Below are positions 27,766-39,600 of a stretch of 64,000 nt of DNA, one piece after another (position 1 is the first letter of the stretch; the number at the start of each line of letters is the position of its first letter). This stretch comes from Tenuifilaceae bacterium. GTDB taxonomy: Bacteria; Bacteroidota; Bacteroidia; Bacteroidales; Tenuifilaceae. The notes under the pieces were generated by a model. That model was not told the DNA's origin, ran no database searches, and worked only from the letters and a program-made list of their open reading frames with translations. A program made the position numbers and the translations under genes. Location: positions 5 to 64,004 of the forward strand of contig JAVERU010000001.1 in the NCBI GenBank assembly GCA_034006965.1, read 5' to 3'.

Positions 27766-30759
27766 ATGAAGTATAAACTAACTCTTCTTATTCCGCTACT
27801 AATCCTTCTATCACTTTTTTCTTTCTCGCAAGTTAGGGTTACAGGGACTGTAGTTGATGAGAATAACGATCCACTTCCGGGTGTTGCGGTAGTTATTAAA
27901 GGGACTACTAGAGGAACTTCTACCGATCTTGATGGTAAATACGCCATTGAGGCAACTGCTCAAGAAGAACTATTCTTCTCAATGGTGGGCATGGTATCGC
28001 AAACTATTGCTATTGGCGATAAAACCGTTATCAATGTTGTATTAGAAAACGAAACGGCTCTTTTAGATGAGGTTATTGTTGTTGGATATGGAACGCAAAG
28101 GGCACGAGATTTAACTGCACCAATTGTTCGGGTTAGAGGAGAGGACCTGGCAAAACAGTCAACCTCCAATGCCATGCAGGCCTTACAGGGTAAGGCTGCT
28201 GGTGTTCAAGTTATCAGCAGCGGAGTCCCGGGTCGGGGCCCGTCGGTTAAAGTTAGGGGAATTGGTTCCATTGGCGATTACGCCAACCCTCTTTTTGTTG
28301 TTGATGGAGTGTTTGTTGATAATATTGATTTTTTAGGCTCTGCCGACATTGAAGACATAACCGTTTTAAAAGATGCTTCTGCTGCTGCAATTTACGGGGT
28401 GCGAGCCGCAAACGGGGTAATTCTGGTTACCACCAAAAAGGGAAGAAGTGGTGAACCCAACGTTAGCTATAGCGGATACCTAGGCTACCAAGTACCAGTT
28501 AACATAATGAAACTAGCCACAAAAGAGCAATATATTACCGCTCTTAACGAAGCTAATGCTAATCTCACCGGTTATGTTCCTAGAGATCCAGCAGACTACC
28601 CAACCAGCACCGATTGGTATCAGGAGTTAGTTCGTATTGCCCCAATGACCAATCATAGCTTTGACATATCTGGTTCTGATGAGAACAACAGCTACTCGTT
28701 TGGGGGTAGCTACCTATTCCAAAATGGCATAATGGACTCAAAGAATCAATACGAAAGGTTTAACCTAAGGGTAAAACTCGATCAGGATGTTAACAAGTAC
28801 TTAAAGGTTGGTTTTAACAACATCCTTTCCAGAACTAACCAGTATAATCCTAACGAGGGTGCTTTTTTTGGTGCCTTTGTTAATCCTCCGGTTTACCCGG
28901 TTTACGATGACAACAATGTTGATGCCTATCCTGTTAGATTTGGGTCACCTCAATCATTTGGCTATGGGAACCAGTATGGTAACCCAGTTGCGGCAGCCTA
29001 CTACCCCGAAAGCTATGAGAAGGGGAATAAGCTGGTATTTAGTGCATACGCTGAGTTTTACCCAATAAAAGATAAGCTAACCTTTAAAACTGCATACAAT
29101 CAAGATATTACTAACTATACACCCCGCAACTATACCCCTGAGTATAATGTTGGGGGCTCTCAGGGGGTAAGAAGTTCAAGCCTTACAAAAACATCGGGTA
29201 GTGCATCAAAGCAAATACTCGACAATCTATTAACCTTTAATAATAGAACTGGTGCTCACTCCTTTTCAATACTTCTTGGCCAGTCTACTCGAATTGAGCG
29301 ATACGAGTTTCTTGCAGGGTCTGCATTAAACGTTCCTGGGTTTGATGATCAATCAAAATACATCGTAACGGGATCATTCAGAAATAGGGATGCGTGGGAC
29401 GGTGGTTCGAGATACCATGGAGTCTCTTTCTTTACCCGTGGTACCTACAGCTACAACAGCAAGTATATGGCCACCCTAACCTTCAGGGCCGATGGTAGCT
29501 CAAAGTACCAAAAGAAATGGGGCTATTTCCCCTCCATTGGTTTGGGATGGGACTTAACGCAAGAAGATTTCATGAAGGATCAGAAGTGGTTCAGCTATCT
29601 TAAGCTTAGGGGAAGCTGGGGGCTGCTCGGAAACGATAACGTTCCCGCAAACTCGGCTGTTATCCTGGGACAAACAGGGCCAGGTAGTTCAGCAATTTTT
29701 GGCAATACCCTGGTTGATGGAGTTGGTGCCCAAACCGTTCTGCAAAACTTTTTGCGTTGGGAGGTAGTTAGCGAGTTTAACCTAGGGGTTGATTTTGTGG
29801 CAAAAAACACCAAGCTATCGGGCGATTTGGATTTATATCACCGAGTAACCAACAATGTGGTGTTTTATGCCCCCATAGCCACCGGCGGAGGTGTTGCTGA
29901 ACTTCTGGCTAACAACGGAAAGGTGCTAAATATGGGTATTGAGCTAATGCTCAACTGGCGCGACAACATAACCGATAATTTACGCTACAACATTAGCTTC
30001 AATGCTACTACAGTCCACAATAGGGTGCTTGAGCTTGAGGGTCGCGATTTTATTCCTGGAGCCTACGTTCGTGGCAACTACACCACAAGAACAGCCGTTG
30101 GGCATCCTATCGGTTCCTTCTATGGATACGAAATTGCGGGGGTGTACGCCAGCGAAGGTCAGGCATTGCAAGATCCTGTTAGCCAGACCATAAAAGACAA
30201 GGGTTTCTTCAAGTACAAGGATCAGAACGGTGATAATATCATTAATAATGAGGATAAAGTGTACCTGGGGAGCGCAATCCCTTGGTTAATTACTGGCATT
30301 GACTATGGGATGAACTACAAAGAGCTCGACTTTAGCCTCTCCCTCTACAGCCAAGTTGGCAATAAAATACTGAATGCCAAGAGGATGATTCGCGATGTGT
30401 TTGCCGATGGTAACTACGACCAAGACTTCGTAGAGAACAGGTGGACCCCAGAGAACAAATCCGATAAGTATCCTTCCGCCCAGGCCTACAACTTCTCATT
30501 CACTCAGCAGGCTAACGACTTCTTTGTTGAGGATGGTTCATTCATTAGGATTCAGAATATACAGATAGGATACACCACCAATAAGATTAAGAACATTCAG
30601 ATGCTGAGGTTTTACATTTCAGCCCAAAGACCCTACTCCTTTTTCACCTACAATGGGTTTACACCTGAAATTGGAGGAAACCCTATTAGCGCTGGTGTGG
30701 ATAACTCCATATACCCCATGCAGGCAATTTACACCATTGGTTTGAATGCTAACTTTTAA
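27766..30759 (+). CDS. susC: SusC-family TonB-dependent transporter
   Basis: LDEVIVVGYG, LKDASAAAIYGVRAANGVILVTTKKG, FRADGSSK, C-terminal F. Confidence 0.96.
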   Translation: MKYKLTLLIPLLILLSLFSFSQVRVTGTVVDENNDPLPGVAVVIKGTTRGTSTDLDGKYAIEATAQEELFFSMVGMVSQTIAIGDKTVINVVLENETALLDEVIVVGYGTQRARDLTAPIVRVRGEDLAKQSTSNAMQALQGKAAGVQVISSGVPGRGPSVKVRGIGSIGDYANPLFVVDGVFVDNIDFLGSADIEDITVLKDASAAAIYGVRAANGVILVTTKKGRSGEPNVSYSGYLGYQVPVNIMKLATKEQYITALNEANANLTGYVPRDPADYPTSTDWYQELVRIAPMTNHSFDISGSDENNSYSFGGSYLFQNGIMDSKNQYERFNLRVKLDQDVNKYLKVGFNNILSRTNQYNPNEGAFFGAFVNPPVYPVYDDNNVDAYPVRFGSPQSFGYGNQYGNPVAAAYYPESYEKGNKLVFSAYAEFYPIKDKLTFKTAYNQDITNYTPRNYTPEYNVGGSQGVRSSSLTKTSGSASKQILDNLLTFNNRTGAHSFSILLGQSTRIERYEFLAGSALNVPGFDDQSKYIVTGSFRNRDAWDGGSRYHGVSFFTRGTYSYNSKYMATLTFRADGSSKYQKKWGYFPSIGLGWDLTQEDFMKDQKWFSYLKLRGSWGLLGNDNVPANSAVILGQTGPGSSAIFGNTLVDGVGAQTVLQNFLRWEVVSEFNLGVDFVAKNTKLSGDLDLYHRVTNNVVFYAPIATGGGVAELLANNGKVLNMGIELMLNWRDNITDNLRYNISFNATTVHNRVLELEGRDFIPGAYVRGNYTTRTAVGHPIGSFYGYEIAGVYASEGQALQDPVSQTIKDKGFFKYKDQNGDNIINNEDKVYLGSAIPWLITGIDYGMNYKELDFSLSLYSQVGNKILNAKRMIRDVFADGNYDQDFVENRWTPENKSDKYPSAQAYNFSFTQQANDFFVEDGSFIRIQNIQIGYTTNKIKNIQMLRFYISAQRPYSFFTYNGFTPEIGGNPISAGVDNSIYPMQAIYTIGLNANF

Positions 30760-30770
30760 AAAACTTCGCC

Positions 30771-32258
30771 ATGAAAAGTTTAAAATTAATGTTCAGCATA
30801 CTACTTATTCTTGCATTCACTAATTGTGAAGATTTCCTCGACCTAAGGCCAGAGGGAACAATTCCTACTACCGGAATAGACTATACAAAACCAGAGAATA
30901 TATTTCTCCCAGTTAGTGCTTCCTATGCAAAGCTTCGGTCGTATGGTGCTCATGTTTTCCCTTACATTGGGGCCTTTGAGATTGCCTCCGATAATGCCGA
31001 TAAAGGAAGTACCCCTGAGGACAACCCCTCAATGAAGGAGATTGACGACCTAGCCTACCAGGCAACCAATAGCTTAATTAACGACTTATGGAATGGCTAT
31101 TTCGATATTGTTAGCGGGGCCAACTTCGCTATTCATCAAATGCCCCTTTTTGTTGAAAATCTTCTAAATGCTGCCGATAAGCAATATGCACTCCAATGCC
31201 AGGGTGAAGTGAAAACCATCAGGGCCTATGCCTATTTTAACTTAACCCGAGTTTTTGGGCGAGTACCCATAATTGACACAACCCTAACATCGGAGCAGCT
31301 AGCCTCTGTTTCACAGGCAACCACACAACAACTATACGAGTTTATTGAAAAAGACCTTGAGGAGGCAATTAACGTTTTGCCGGATTTCTATTCAAGCGAA
31401 TGGAGTGGCCGAATTTCAAAATACACTGCCATGGCTATTAAAGCAAAGGTCCATTTATATCAGGCTGAGTGGGATTCGGTTGCATCGCTCACCGACAGAA
31501 TTATTGCATCGGGCAGGTTTAATCTGCTTAACGACTTCAGGGAGGTGTTTAGCATTGATGGTGAGAACAGCCGCGAGTCGCTTTTCGAAGTTCAAAGCTC
31601 AACACTTGGCAACACCACAGGGCCAACCACTTACCTTGAATACGCCTATGTTCAGGGCCCAAGGGGTAACACCCCAAGCAATATGCAGGGCTGGGGATTT
31701 TGCACACCAAGCCAAAACCTAATCGACTTTTTCGATGCGAGAGGCGAGGTAATTCGGCCATTTACCACATTGCTCTACAGAGGGACAACAACCCCCGAGG
31801 GCGATTTCATTTCGAATAGCTGCACAAACCCCGTTTATAACGGCAAGGTTTACACTCCATCATACTATAACAACTGGAATTTCAATGGCTATGGTTTTGA
31901 CCATAACATTAGGATACTAAGGTATGCCGATGTGCTGCTTATGCATGCCGAGGCATTGGTTAATGGGGCTGCTGTACCATTAACTAGCGGACTAACAGCC
32001 GATATGGCCGTTAATTTGGTAAGAGAAAGGGCTGGTCTTGACCCCATTACAGGAGTTACCCTGCAAGATATTTGGGACGAACGCAGGGCCGAGCTGGCCA
32101 TGGAGCAGGACAGGTTTTTTGACCTTATCCGCACCGGCCAAGCTCCAACTGCCCTTGCTCACAAAGGCTTTACCGTGGGCAAGCATGAGGTGTATCCCAT
32201 CCCGGCAGCACAGCTACAACTTAATCAGAACTTGACACAAAATCAAGGATATAACTAA
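30771..32258 (+). CDS. susD: SusD/RagB family lipoprotein
   Basis: Lipobox FTNC, LRYADVLLMHAEA, ERRAELAMEQDRFFDLIR, QNQGY. Confidence 0.95.
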   Translation: MKSLKLMFSILLILAFTNCEDFLDLRPEGTIPTTGIDYTKPENIFLPVSASYAKLRSYGAHVFPYIGAFEIASDNADKGSTPEDNPSMKEIDDLAYQATNSLINDLWNGYFDIVSGANFAIHQMPLFVENLLNAADKQYALQCQGEVKTIRAYAYFNLTRVFGRVPIIDTTLTSEQLASVSQATTQQLYEFIEKDLEEAINVLPDFYSSEWSGRISKYTAMAIKAKVHLYQAEWDSVASLTDRIIASGRFNLLNDFREVFSIDGENSRESLFEVQSSTLGNTTGPTTYLEYAYVQGPRGNTPSNMQGWGFCTPSQNLIDFFDARGEVIRPFTTLLYRGTTTPEGDFISNSCTNPVYNGKVYTPSYYNNWNFNGYGFDHNIRILRYADVLLMHAEALVNGAAVPLTSGLTADMAVNLVRERAGLDPITGVTLQDIWDERRAELAMEQDRFFDLIRTGQAPTALAHKGFTVGKHEVYPIPAAQLQLNQNLTQNQGYN

Positions 32259-32303
32259 CCCAAACAATTCACTTTCACTTTGTTTAACTAAAAATTAATT
32301 ACT

Positions 32304-33173
32304 ATGAAAAACAAGTTCAGAATTATTGGAGCATTACTTTTTGGAGCAATGCTTATGACATCTTTGCTAATGACTTCATGTGAAGATGATGACCCCGATC
32401 CAAACGATGGGAAAACTGATCCAAGTACCATTGCTACTGCAAATTTAGTTGCGTACTTTCCGTTTGATGGAAATGCTACTGAGCAAATTTCTTCTCTTTC
32501 TCCTACCATGTCGCCCAATGTAACATATGTTGCTGGTCGTCGTGGCCAAGCTTACCAAGGGGGAAATGAAGTTCACTTGCTTTATGACCTACCCACAAAT
32601 AGCAAGCTAAAATCTCTCACCTCATTTACGTTGGCAATGTGGTTTAAATCACCCCTAGTTACAGGGGATCCTGAACCAACAGTTTTTGAGATTGGCAAAT
32701 CAACTGATTTATTTTGGGGTAACCTTAAGTTTGCTTTGAACCGTTTGGATGCAACAGCCGATTCTTTAATGCTAAAAGCTTTTTTCTATAAGGATGGTGC
32801 CGAATGGTCAGGTCAGCATATTAGCTACTCTAACAGTGTTTTCCAGGTAAATATGTGGATGCACCTTGTTATTCAGTATGACGCTGCCACTTCAAAGTAT
32901 ATGATATACAAGGATGGCGTTAGGGTTGATACTAATGAAGGCGTTGAAAACAGAAAAGCTGGCCCTGATGGTCCTGCGTTAGGTCCTTTGGCTTTCGTTG
33001 ATGCCGATGTAATCAACATCGGTGCTTGGCGTACAAAATCTGAAGGAACAGCTGACGATGCTTGGATGGGCTGGTTTATGGGTAACCTAGATGAGCTCCG
33101 TGTATACGACAAAGCCCTTACAGGCGTAGAGGTTAAAGCGCTATACGATGCAGAGGTTTCTCAAATTGAATAG
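32304..33173 (+). CDS. LamG/concanavalin A-like surface lipoprotein (putative glycan-binding protein)
   Basis: Lipobox MTSC followed by acidic EDDD, LVAYFPFDGNA, GNLDELRVYDKALT. Follows susD. Confidence 0.85.
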   Translation: MKNKFRIIGALLFGAMLMTSLLMTSCEDDDPDPNDGKTDPSTIATANLVAYFPFDGNATEQISSLSPTMSPNVTYVAGRRGQAYQGGNEVHLLYDLPTNSKLKSLTSFTLAMWFKSPLVTGDPEPTVFEIGKSTDLFWGNLKFALNRLDATADSLMLKAFFYKDGAEWSGQHISYSNSVFQVNMWMHLVIQYDAATSKYMIYKDGVRVDTNEGVENRKAGPDGPALGPLAFVDADVINIGAWRTKSEGTADDAWMGWFMGNLDELRVYDKALTGVEVKALYDAEVSQIE

Positions 33174-33187
33174 CTACTCAAAATAAT

Positions 33188-33223
33188 CAATGGGTGAAGG
33201 GGCTACTAATCCTTCACCCATTG
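33188..33223 (+). terminator. Intra-operon hairpin (terminator or mRNA stabiliser)
   Basis: CAATGGGTGAAGG-N10-CCTTCACCCATTG followed by TTT. Confidence 0.7.
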
Positions 33224-33243
33224 TTTAACCCCAATCTTAAATA

Positions 33244-34899
33244 ATGAAGGTCTTAACCATAATATTACTTACCCTTACATTTATCTCATTGGCCTGTAAG
33301 GATGAAAATTCCGCTGACAATACGCCTAAGGACTTAGCGGTGGATTCTGTTTACGTAAACAGCATCTACGCGAGGAATAACAGTACAATTTACAATGTTG
33401 ATTATCAAAAACAGCTAATAACAATAACGTTCAACGATAAAGTTGATACCACCGAGTGGGATAACTCCAGGCTCTTCATAGCTGGAGGTGTAGGTACAAA
33501 CTACACACATAAATTTGACAATTCAAGCAAGTATCTATATATAGAGCCTGTGGATCAACTAAATCCACTTGCAACATATCGATTGTTTTTTGAACCTGGA
33601 GTTAACCTGGGTGGCAATTTTACCGAACGCTACTCTATTACCTTCAAAACCCAAATCGATAGCACACCCAAATTTCCAATTATTCCCGATGAGGAGTTGC
33701 TCACCCTTATCCAACAGCAAACCTTCAAATACTTTTGGGATTATGCTCACCCTGTATCGGGTTTAATAAGGGAGAGACTCGGGTCAGGTGAGGTGGTTAC
33801 CTCGGGTGGAAGCGGTTTTGGTATGATGGCCATTCTGGTTGGCATTGAAAGAGATTTTATTACTCGTGAGCAGGGTTTTGAAAGGCTAAACACCATTGTG
33901 AACTTTTTAAGCAATCCCGAAACCGATAGGTTTCACGGGGCATTCTCACATTGGCTTAATGGAAGCACTGGCAAAGCCATTCCTTTTAGCGCCAAGGATA
34001 ACGGTGGCGATTTGGTTGAAACAGCTTTCCTAATGCAAGGTTTGCTCACGGCTAAGGAGTACTTTAAAAATGGTAGTGCCGAGGAACAAGCAATGTGCGA
34101 AGCCATTCAGGAGCTATACGAGGGTGTGGAGTGGAGCTGGTACCGAAGAGACCATCAAAACACCCTTTACTGGCACTGGTCGCCCAACTACGGCTGGGAA
34201 ATGAACCACCAAATTAGGGGGTGGGACGAGGCACTTGTCGTTTACGTTTTGGCCGCTGGTTCACCAACCTACCCAATTACCAAAGAAGTATACGATGAGG
34301 GATGGGCAAGGAATGGAGCTTACCCAATGGTAAATAACAAAACCTTTTACAACATTCAACTACCCCTTGGCCACGATTATGGCGGGCCACTATTCTTCTC
34401 GCATTACTCTTTTCTGGGTCTTGATCCAAGAAATCTTAGCGATCTGTACGCCAACTACTGGGAGCAAAATGTTGCCCACTCATTGATAAATAGAGCCTAC
34501 TGCATAGCAAACCCAAATAAATATTATGGCTACTCAGCAGAATGTTGGGGCTTAACCGCAAGCGATATTCAAAATGGATACACCGCTAGCTCCCCCACCA
34601 ACGATAGGGGAGTAATTGCCCCAACCGCAGCCATTTCTTCTATTGCCTACACCCCAGAGGAAAGCCTTGCAGCGCTTAGGTTCTTCTACTACGTTTTGGG
34701 CGATAGGCTATGGGGTGAGTACGGTTTTTTCGATGCTTTTAATCTTTCATCAATTTGGTTCGCATCATCATACCTAGCCATTGACCAAGGGCCAATTGTT
34801 TGTATGATTGAAAACTATAGAACGGGGTTGCTATGGGAAACATTTATGCTCAACGAGAGTGTACAGGATGGACTAGTTAAGCTTGGTTTTTCATTCTAA
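33244..34899 (+). CDS. GH144 endo-beta-1,2-glucanase-like lipoprotein with N-terminal Ig-like domain
   Basis: Lipobox SLAC, FKYFWDYAHPVSGL, TSGGSGFG, DNGGDLVETAFL, GWDEAL, GGPLFFSHYSFLGLDP, LAIDQGP. Confidence 0.88.
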   Translation: MKVLTIILLTLTFISLACKDENSADNTPKDLAVDSVYVNSIYARNNSTIYNVDYQKQLITITFNDKVDTTEWDNSRLFIAGGVGTNYTHKFDNSSKYLYIEPVDQLNPLATYRLFFEPGVNLGGNFTERYSITFKTQIDSTPKFPIIPDEELLTLIQQQTFKYFWDYAHPVSGLIRERLGSGEVVTSGGSGFGMMAILVGIERDFITREQGFERLNTIVNFLSNPETDRFHGAFSHWLNGSTGKAIPFSAKDNGGDLVETAFLMQGLLTAKEYFKNGSAEEQAMCEAIQELYEGVEWSWYRRDHQNTLYWHWSPNYGWEMNHQIRGWDEALVVYVLAAGSPTYPITKEVYDEGWARNGAYPMVNNKTFYNIQLPLGHDYGGPLFFSHYSFLGLDPRNLSDLYANYWEQNVAHSLINRAYCIANPNKYYGYSAECWGLTASDIQNGYTASSPTNDRGVIAPTAAISSIAYTPEESLAALRFFYYVLGDRLWGEYGFFDAFNLSSIWFASSYLAIDQGPIVCMIENYRTGLLWETFMLNESVQDGLVKLGFSF

Positions 34900-34960
34900 C
34901 CAAAGCCTTTGCAAAACCTACATACCCAAAAATTTGAATAATGATTAGACTACATATGCC

Positions 34961-36343
34961 ATGAGAATTTCTTACTTTATTGTGGTAATTGTTTTGGCAA
35001 TTACAGCTTGCAGTGAGCCACAAAAACAAACGTTCAAATCGCAAGGAAAGATTGATTTTCAACTTACTAAAGAATATGAAGAAATGCTAGATTCTATACA
35101 GCAGAAAACCTTCCTTTTCTTTGTGAATGAGCACCATCCCGAGTGGGGAATTGTGAAAGACCGAGCTGCACACTGGGCTCCATCGAGCATTGCCGCCTCT
35201 GGCTTTGGGCTGCCAAGCTTTGCCATTGGGGTTGAGAGAAACTGGATGCCTCGCGAGCAAGCCGCACAGATTACCCTCAACATGTTAAAGTTTTATGCCA
35301 ACTCCACACAAAGTGCCGACACCAATGCTGCGGGATATAAAGGCTTTTACTACCACTTTCATAAAATGGATTCGGGTACTAGGGAGTGGGATTGTGAACT
35401 TTCATCGATTGATACAGGTCTCCTTTTAATGGGGGTAATCTTTGCAAGAAATTATTACAATCAGAATAATGCCACTGAAAAGCAGATTAGGTCATTAGCA
35501 ACCCTGCTTACAGAGCGAGTTGATTGGAATTTCATGCAGATGCCAGCAGGGGGTGATTATGCTCACACCATTTCGATGGGTTGGTACCCCGAATCGGGGC
35601 AACACCATATGGGTTGGAGCGGCTACAACGAGGCGCTGTTCCTTTACATTCTGGCTGCAGGCTCAGGAATGGATAACGTGGAGCGAAGCTACAATGCCTG
35701 GCTTAGCACCTACAAATGGAATACCCCTTACGAGGGGCTTTCGCACGCAGCATTCCCTCCGCTTTTCGGTCATCAATTTTCCCATGCATTCATCGATTTT
35801 CGTGGATTAGCTGATGAATATATGAAGAAGAAAGGGATTGACTACTTCGAGAACTCGCGTCGGGCAACCTATGTTCAGCGTCAGTATGCCATCGATAACC
35901 CCCACGGCTGGGTAGGCTACGACTCCCTTTGCTGGGGTATTACAGCCAGCGATGGGCCAACGGATACACACAACTTTGATGATAAAGTTTTTTTAGGCTA
36001 TGCTGGAAGAGGAGCAAGTGGCCCCGATTACAACTATTTCGACGATGGAACAATCGCTCCCTACGGTCCGCTGGCGTCGTTGCCCTTTGCACCCGAGATA
36101 GTATTACCAACCATAGAATCGATGATTGAGCGGAATGGAAATAGAATTTGGGGAAAGTACGGCTTTTACGATGCCTTTAACCACACCGCCAATTGGGTAA
36201 ACGATGATTTTGTGGGTATTGCTCAAGGCCCAATGCTAATCATGATTGAAAACTTTAGAACCGGGCTTGTTTGGAACTACGTAATGCAGGACCCAATTAT
36301 CCAAAAGGGATTAAATAAGCTTGGGTATGAATATATACAGTGA
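34961..36343 (+). CDS. GH144-like (glucoamylase-fold) beta-1,2-glucanase, second subtype, lipoprotein
   Basis: Lipobox ITAC, KGFYYHF, ELSSIDT, GYNEAL, PLFGHQFSH, WGITASDGP, DDGTIAP, YGFYDAFN. Confidence 0.8.
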   Translation: MRISYFIVVIVLAITACSEPQKQTFKSQGKIDFQLTKEYEEMLDSIQQKTFLFFVNEHHPEWGIVKDRAAHWAPSSIAASGFGLPSFAIGVERNWMPREQAAQITLNMLKFYANSTQSADTNAAGYKGFYYHFHKMDSGTREWDCELSSIDTGLLLMGVIFARNYYNQNNATEKQIRSLATLLTERVDWNFMQMPAGGDYAHTISMGWYPESGQHHMGWSGYNEALFLYILAAGSGMDNVERSYNAWLSTYKWNTPYEGLSHAAFPPLFGHQFSHAFIDFRGLADEYMKKKGIDYFENSRRATYVQRQYAIDNPHGWVGYDSLCWGITASDGPTDTHNFDDKVFLGYAGRGASGPDYNYFDDGTIAPYGPLASLPFAPEIVLPTIESMIERNGNRIWGKYGFYDAFNHTANWVNDDFVGIAQGPMLIMIENFRTGLVWNYVMQDPIIQKGLNKLGYEYIQ

Positions 36344-36627
36344 AATCCATGTCGTTGAGATAAAGATATTCCTTATACGATAATTCAAGGCTTCACCCTT
36401 CGACCCTTCGACAGGCTCATTGCAGGCAGGCGGATTCGAAGCCTGATTGTGTTAACTAAACAACATTAATGCAGTTCAATCATAATTTCTTAAGATACGC
36501 ATTGCTTCCTGGGATTATTCCCAAACATGCCAAAGATTACCTCGCCTCAATGGATGAGGTAATAATTGAAAAACCATTATGAACTTAAAATGCTGGTAAT
36601 TAAGAGTAATAATAAAAAATTATCAAA

Positions 36628-39600
36628 ATGAACATTTCCCAAACCAAAATATTATCAACCATAAGTATCATTCTTTTCTCAGCTTCAAGCATCTACTCTC
36701 AAAGCTTATTACTCGATGCCTTCGAGAGCAAAAATGGTTGGGAGTTTATTGAATCTGATGGGGTGGATGTAAACTTGTCGGTTGAGAAGGGGCTGGTAGG
36801 TAATGCCATCCGTTTCGAATACGATTTCACCAAGGGGACGGGTTACGGTGGAATTCAAAAGTGGTTCCCAATTGATTTACCCGAAAACTATGAGTTCACC
36901 TTTTGGCTTAAGGCTGAGTCACCCTCAAACAATTTTGAAATAAAGTTTATTGATAGCTCCGGCGACAATGTTTGGTGGGTAAATAATCGTAACTATGACT
37001 TCCCAACCGAATGGACAAAAATTAGCATCAAGAAAAGACACATTGACTTTGCCTGGGGGCCAACTGAGGATAGAGAGCTGAAACGAATCGACAGAATTGA
37101 GCTTACCGTTGCATCCTTTGTTGGGGGAAAGGGCACCCTTTGGATTGACGACTTGAGATTTGAACCTTTAGCGCCCGAGCCCGAATCGTACCCGCTCCCA
37201 CAAGTGAAAGCATCATCAGAAAAAAAAGGCAAATCTGCCAATTTTATGGTTGACGGGTCCGATGACACCCCATGGATAAGCAAGGGGACTAAGAATCAGA
37301 ATATTATTTTTGATTTTACCATGCGCAGGGAGTTCGGTGGCCTACAAATTAGCTGGCTCAAAAATCATAGGGCAAATAAATTCGATATTCTGCTTTCAAA
37401 CGATAGCAAAACATGGGAAAGGGTATACTCCGTTCGATCGAACCTTAGTGAAGTTAGCTTTATCAGGCTGCAAGAGGCGGATGCTAGGTATCTAAAGATT
37501 GTACTTTTAGAAGGGAGCAACCAAAAAGCATTTGGTATTAATGAGGTAAAAATATTGGATATTACCAGCTCTCTGTCGCAAAACGACTTCCTAATTTACA
37601 CCGCCAAGAACTCCCCCATTGGCGATTATCCTCGATATTTCCTTGAGCAGGCATCGTACTGGACAGTTACCGGGGTTAACAACGATACGAAGGAGGCCAT
37701 GATTAATGAGGATGGAATGGTTGAGGTTGACAAGGCCCTATTCTCCATTGAACCCCTAATTAGTAAGGATGGTAAGGTTTACAATTGGCATAATGTAGAA
37801 TCATCGCAATCGATGAGTTTTCCTAAGGAGACTAAAGAGCTAGGGTTTACCCCTTCGGTTACCTGGCAAGCCGATGATTTAACCTTTACTACAGGAATAT
37901 CGGCAAGCGGAGAGGCCAACGTTAATTCACAGCTAAACATTGGCTACTATTTTGAAAACAATTCCAATCAGATACAAGCATTTGATTTCTACCTACTCAT
38001 TAGGCCCTATCAGGTTAACCCATACTATCAGTTTTTAAACCTTGCGGGAGGAGCCGGAAAAATAAATTCCGTAAGTGAAATTGAGCCCAAAAGAAAAATA
38101 GCAGTAGATAAAAAAGTGGTCATATCGTTAAAACCTTACCAATCATTCACTGCGAACACATTTGATACGGGCAACCCTGTAGACCTTATTCGTAAAGGGT
38201 TGCTTACCCATACCCCATCGGCTAATGATTTAAATGGATTGGCAAACGGAGTGATTAAGTACTCCATTAGCCTCAATCCGGGAGAGACAACAAAATTTTT
38301 TGTTGTGGTTCCATTCTACGAAACCTATTCTGTTGCAGATGATATTACCAACATTCATATAGCTAAGGAGTTTAACAATACAAATGAGTTTTGGACAGAG
38401 AAAGTTAACCACATTAAATTCAACCTACCCCAATCGGCCAACAGGATTGTTAACACCTATAAATCGAACCTATTTTACATTCTGGTGAACCGAGACAAGG
38501 CTGGAATACAACCCGGTTCGCGTTCATACGAACGAAGCTGGATTCGCGATGGTTCTCTAACCTCATCGGCTTTGCTTAAATCGGGTATTGTGGAAGAGGT
38601 AAGAGATTTTATCGATTGGTATACCGATCATCAGTACGAGAACGGAAAGGTGCCCTGCGTGGTCGATTTTAGAGGCCCCGACCCTGTTCCCGAGCACGAT
38701 AGTCACGGCCAGCTAATTTACCTTATCCGTGAGTACTTCAACTTTACTGGGGATACGGCTTTTCTTCGTACAAAAAACCAGAATGTGCTAATGGCAGTTG
38801 ACTACATTGAGTCACTAATAGCAGAGCGTTCAACGGACCATTTCAAGTATGGAAACGACAGCATCAGAGCCTACTACGGAATTGTTCCCGAATCCATTAG
38901 CCATGAGGGCTACTCAGAGAAGCCAATGCACTCCTACTGGGATAACTTTTTTATAATGAAGGGCTTGAAGGATGCCGCTGATATTCAAAAAATTCTTGGT
39001 GATAAAAAGGCCTACGAAAGAATCTCAGAAGTAAGAGATACATTCAGAGTGAATTTATATAACTCGTTGCATCTGGCAATGAAAACAAGGGGAATAGATT
39101 ATATTCCAGGATGCGTTGAACTTGGCGATTTCGATGCCACCTCAACCACCATTGCCCTTACGCCCTGCAACGAGTACAATAATCTGCCAAAGCCTCAGGT
39201 TTACAACACATTTAACCAGTACTACCAGTTTTTTAAGGATAGAAGGGACGGGCAACGAGAGTGGGTAAACTACACTCCCTACGAAGTTCGACTAATTGGC
39301 TCATTTATCTTTCTCGATCAACCCGAAAGGGCGCATGAACTCGTTGAGTTTTTTCTTGACGATCGCCGTCCGCAAGGTTGGAACCATTGGGCCGAAGTGG
39401 TTTGGAACGATTACCGAATTCCCCGCTTTATTGGCGATATGCCCCACACGTGGGTGGGTAGCGATTTTATTAATGCCATACGATCAATGTTTGTTTATGA
39501 GAATGAGTACGATGAAACCCTTGTACTGGCTGCGGCGCTCTACCAAGACTGGATTGACGCCCCCGAGGGAATGTCAATTGAAAATCTACCTACCTACTAT

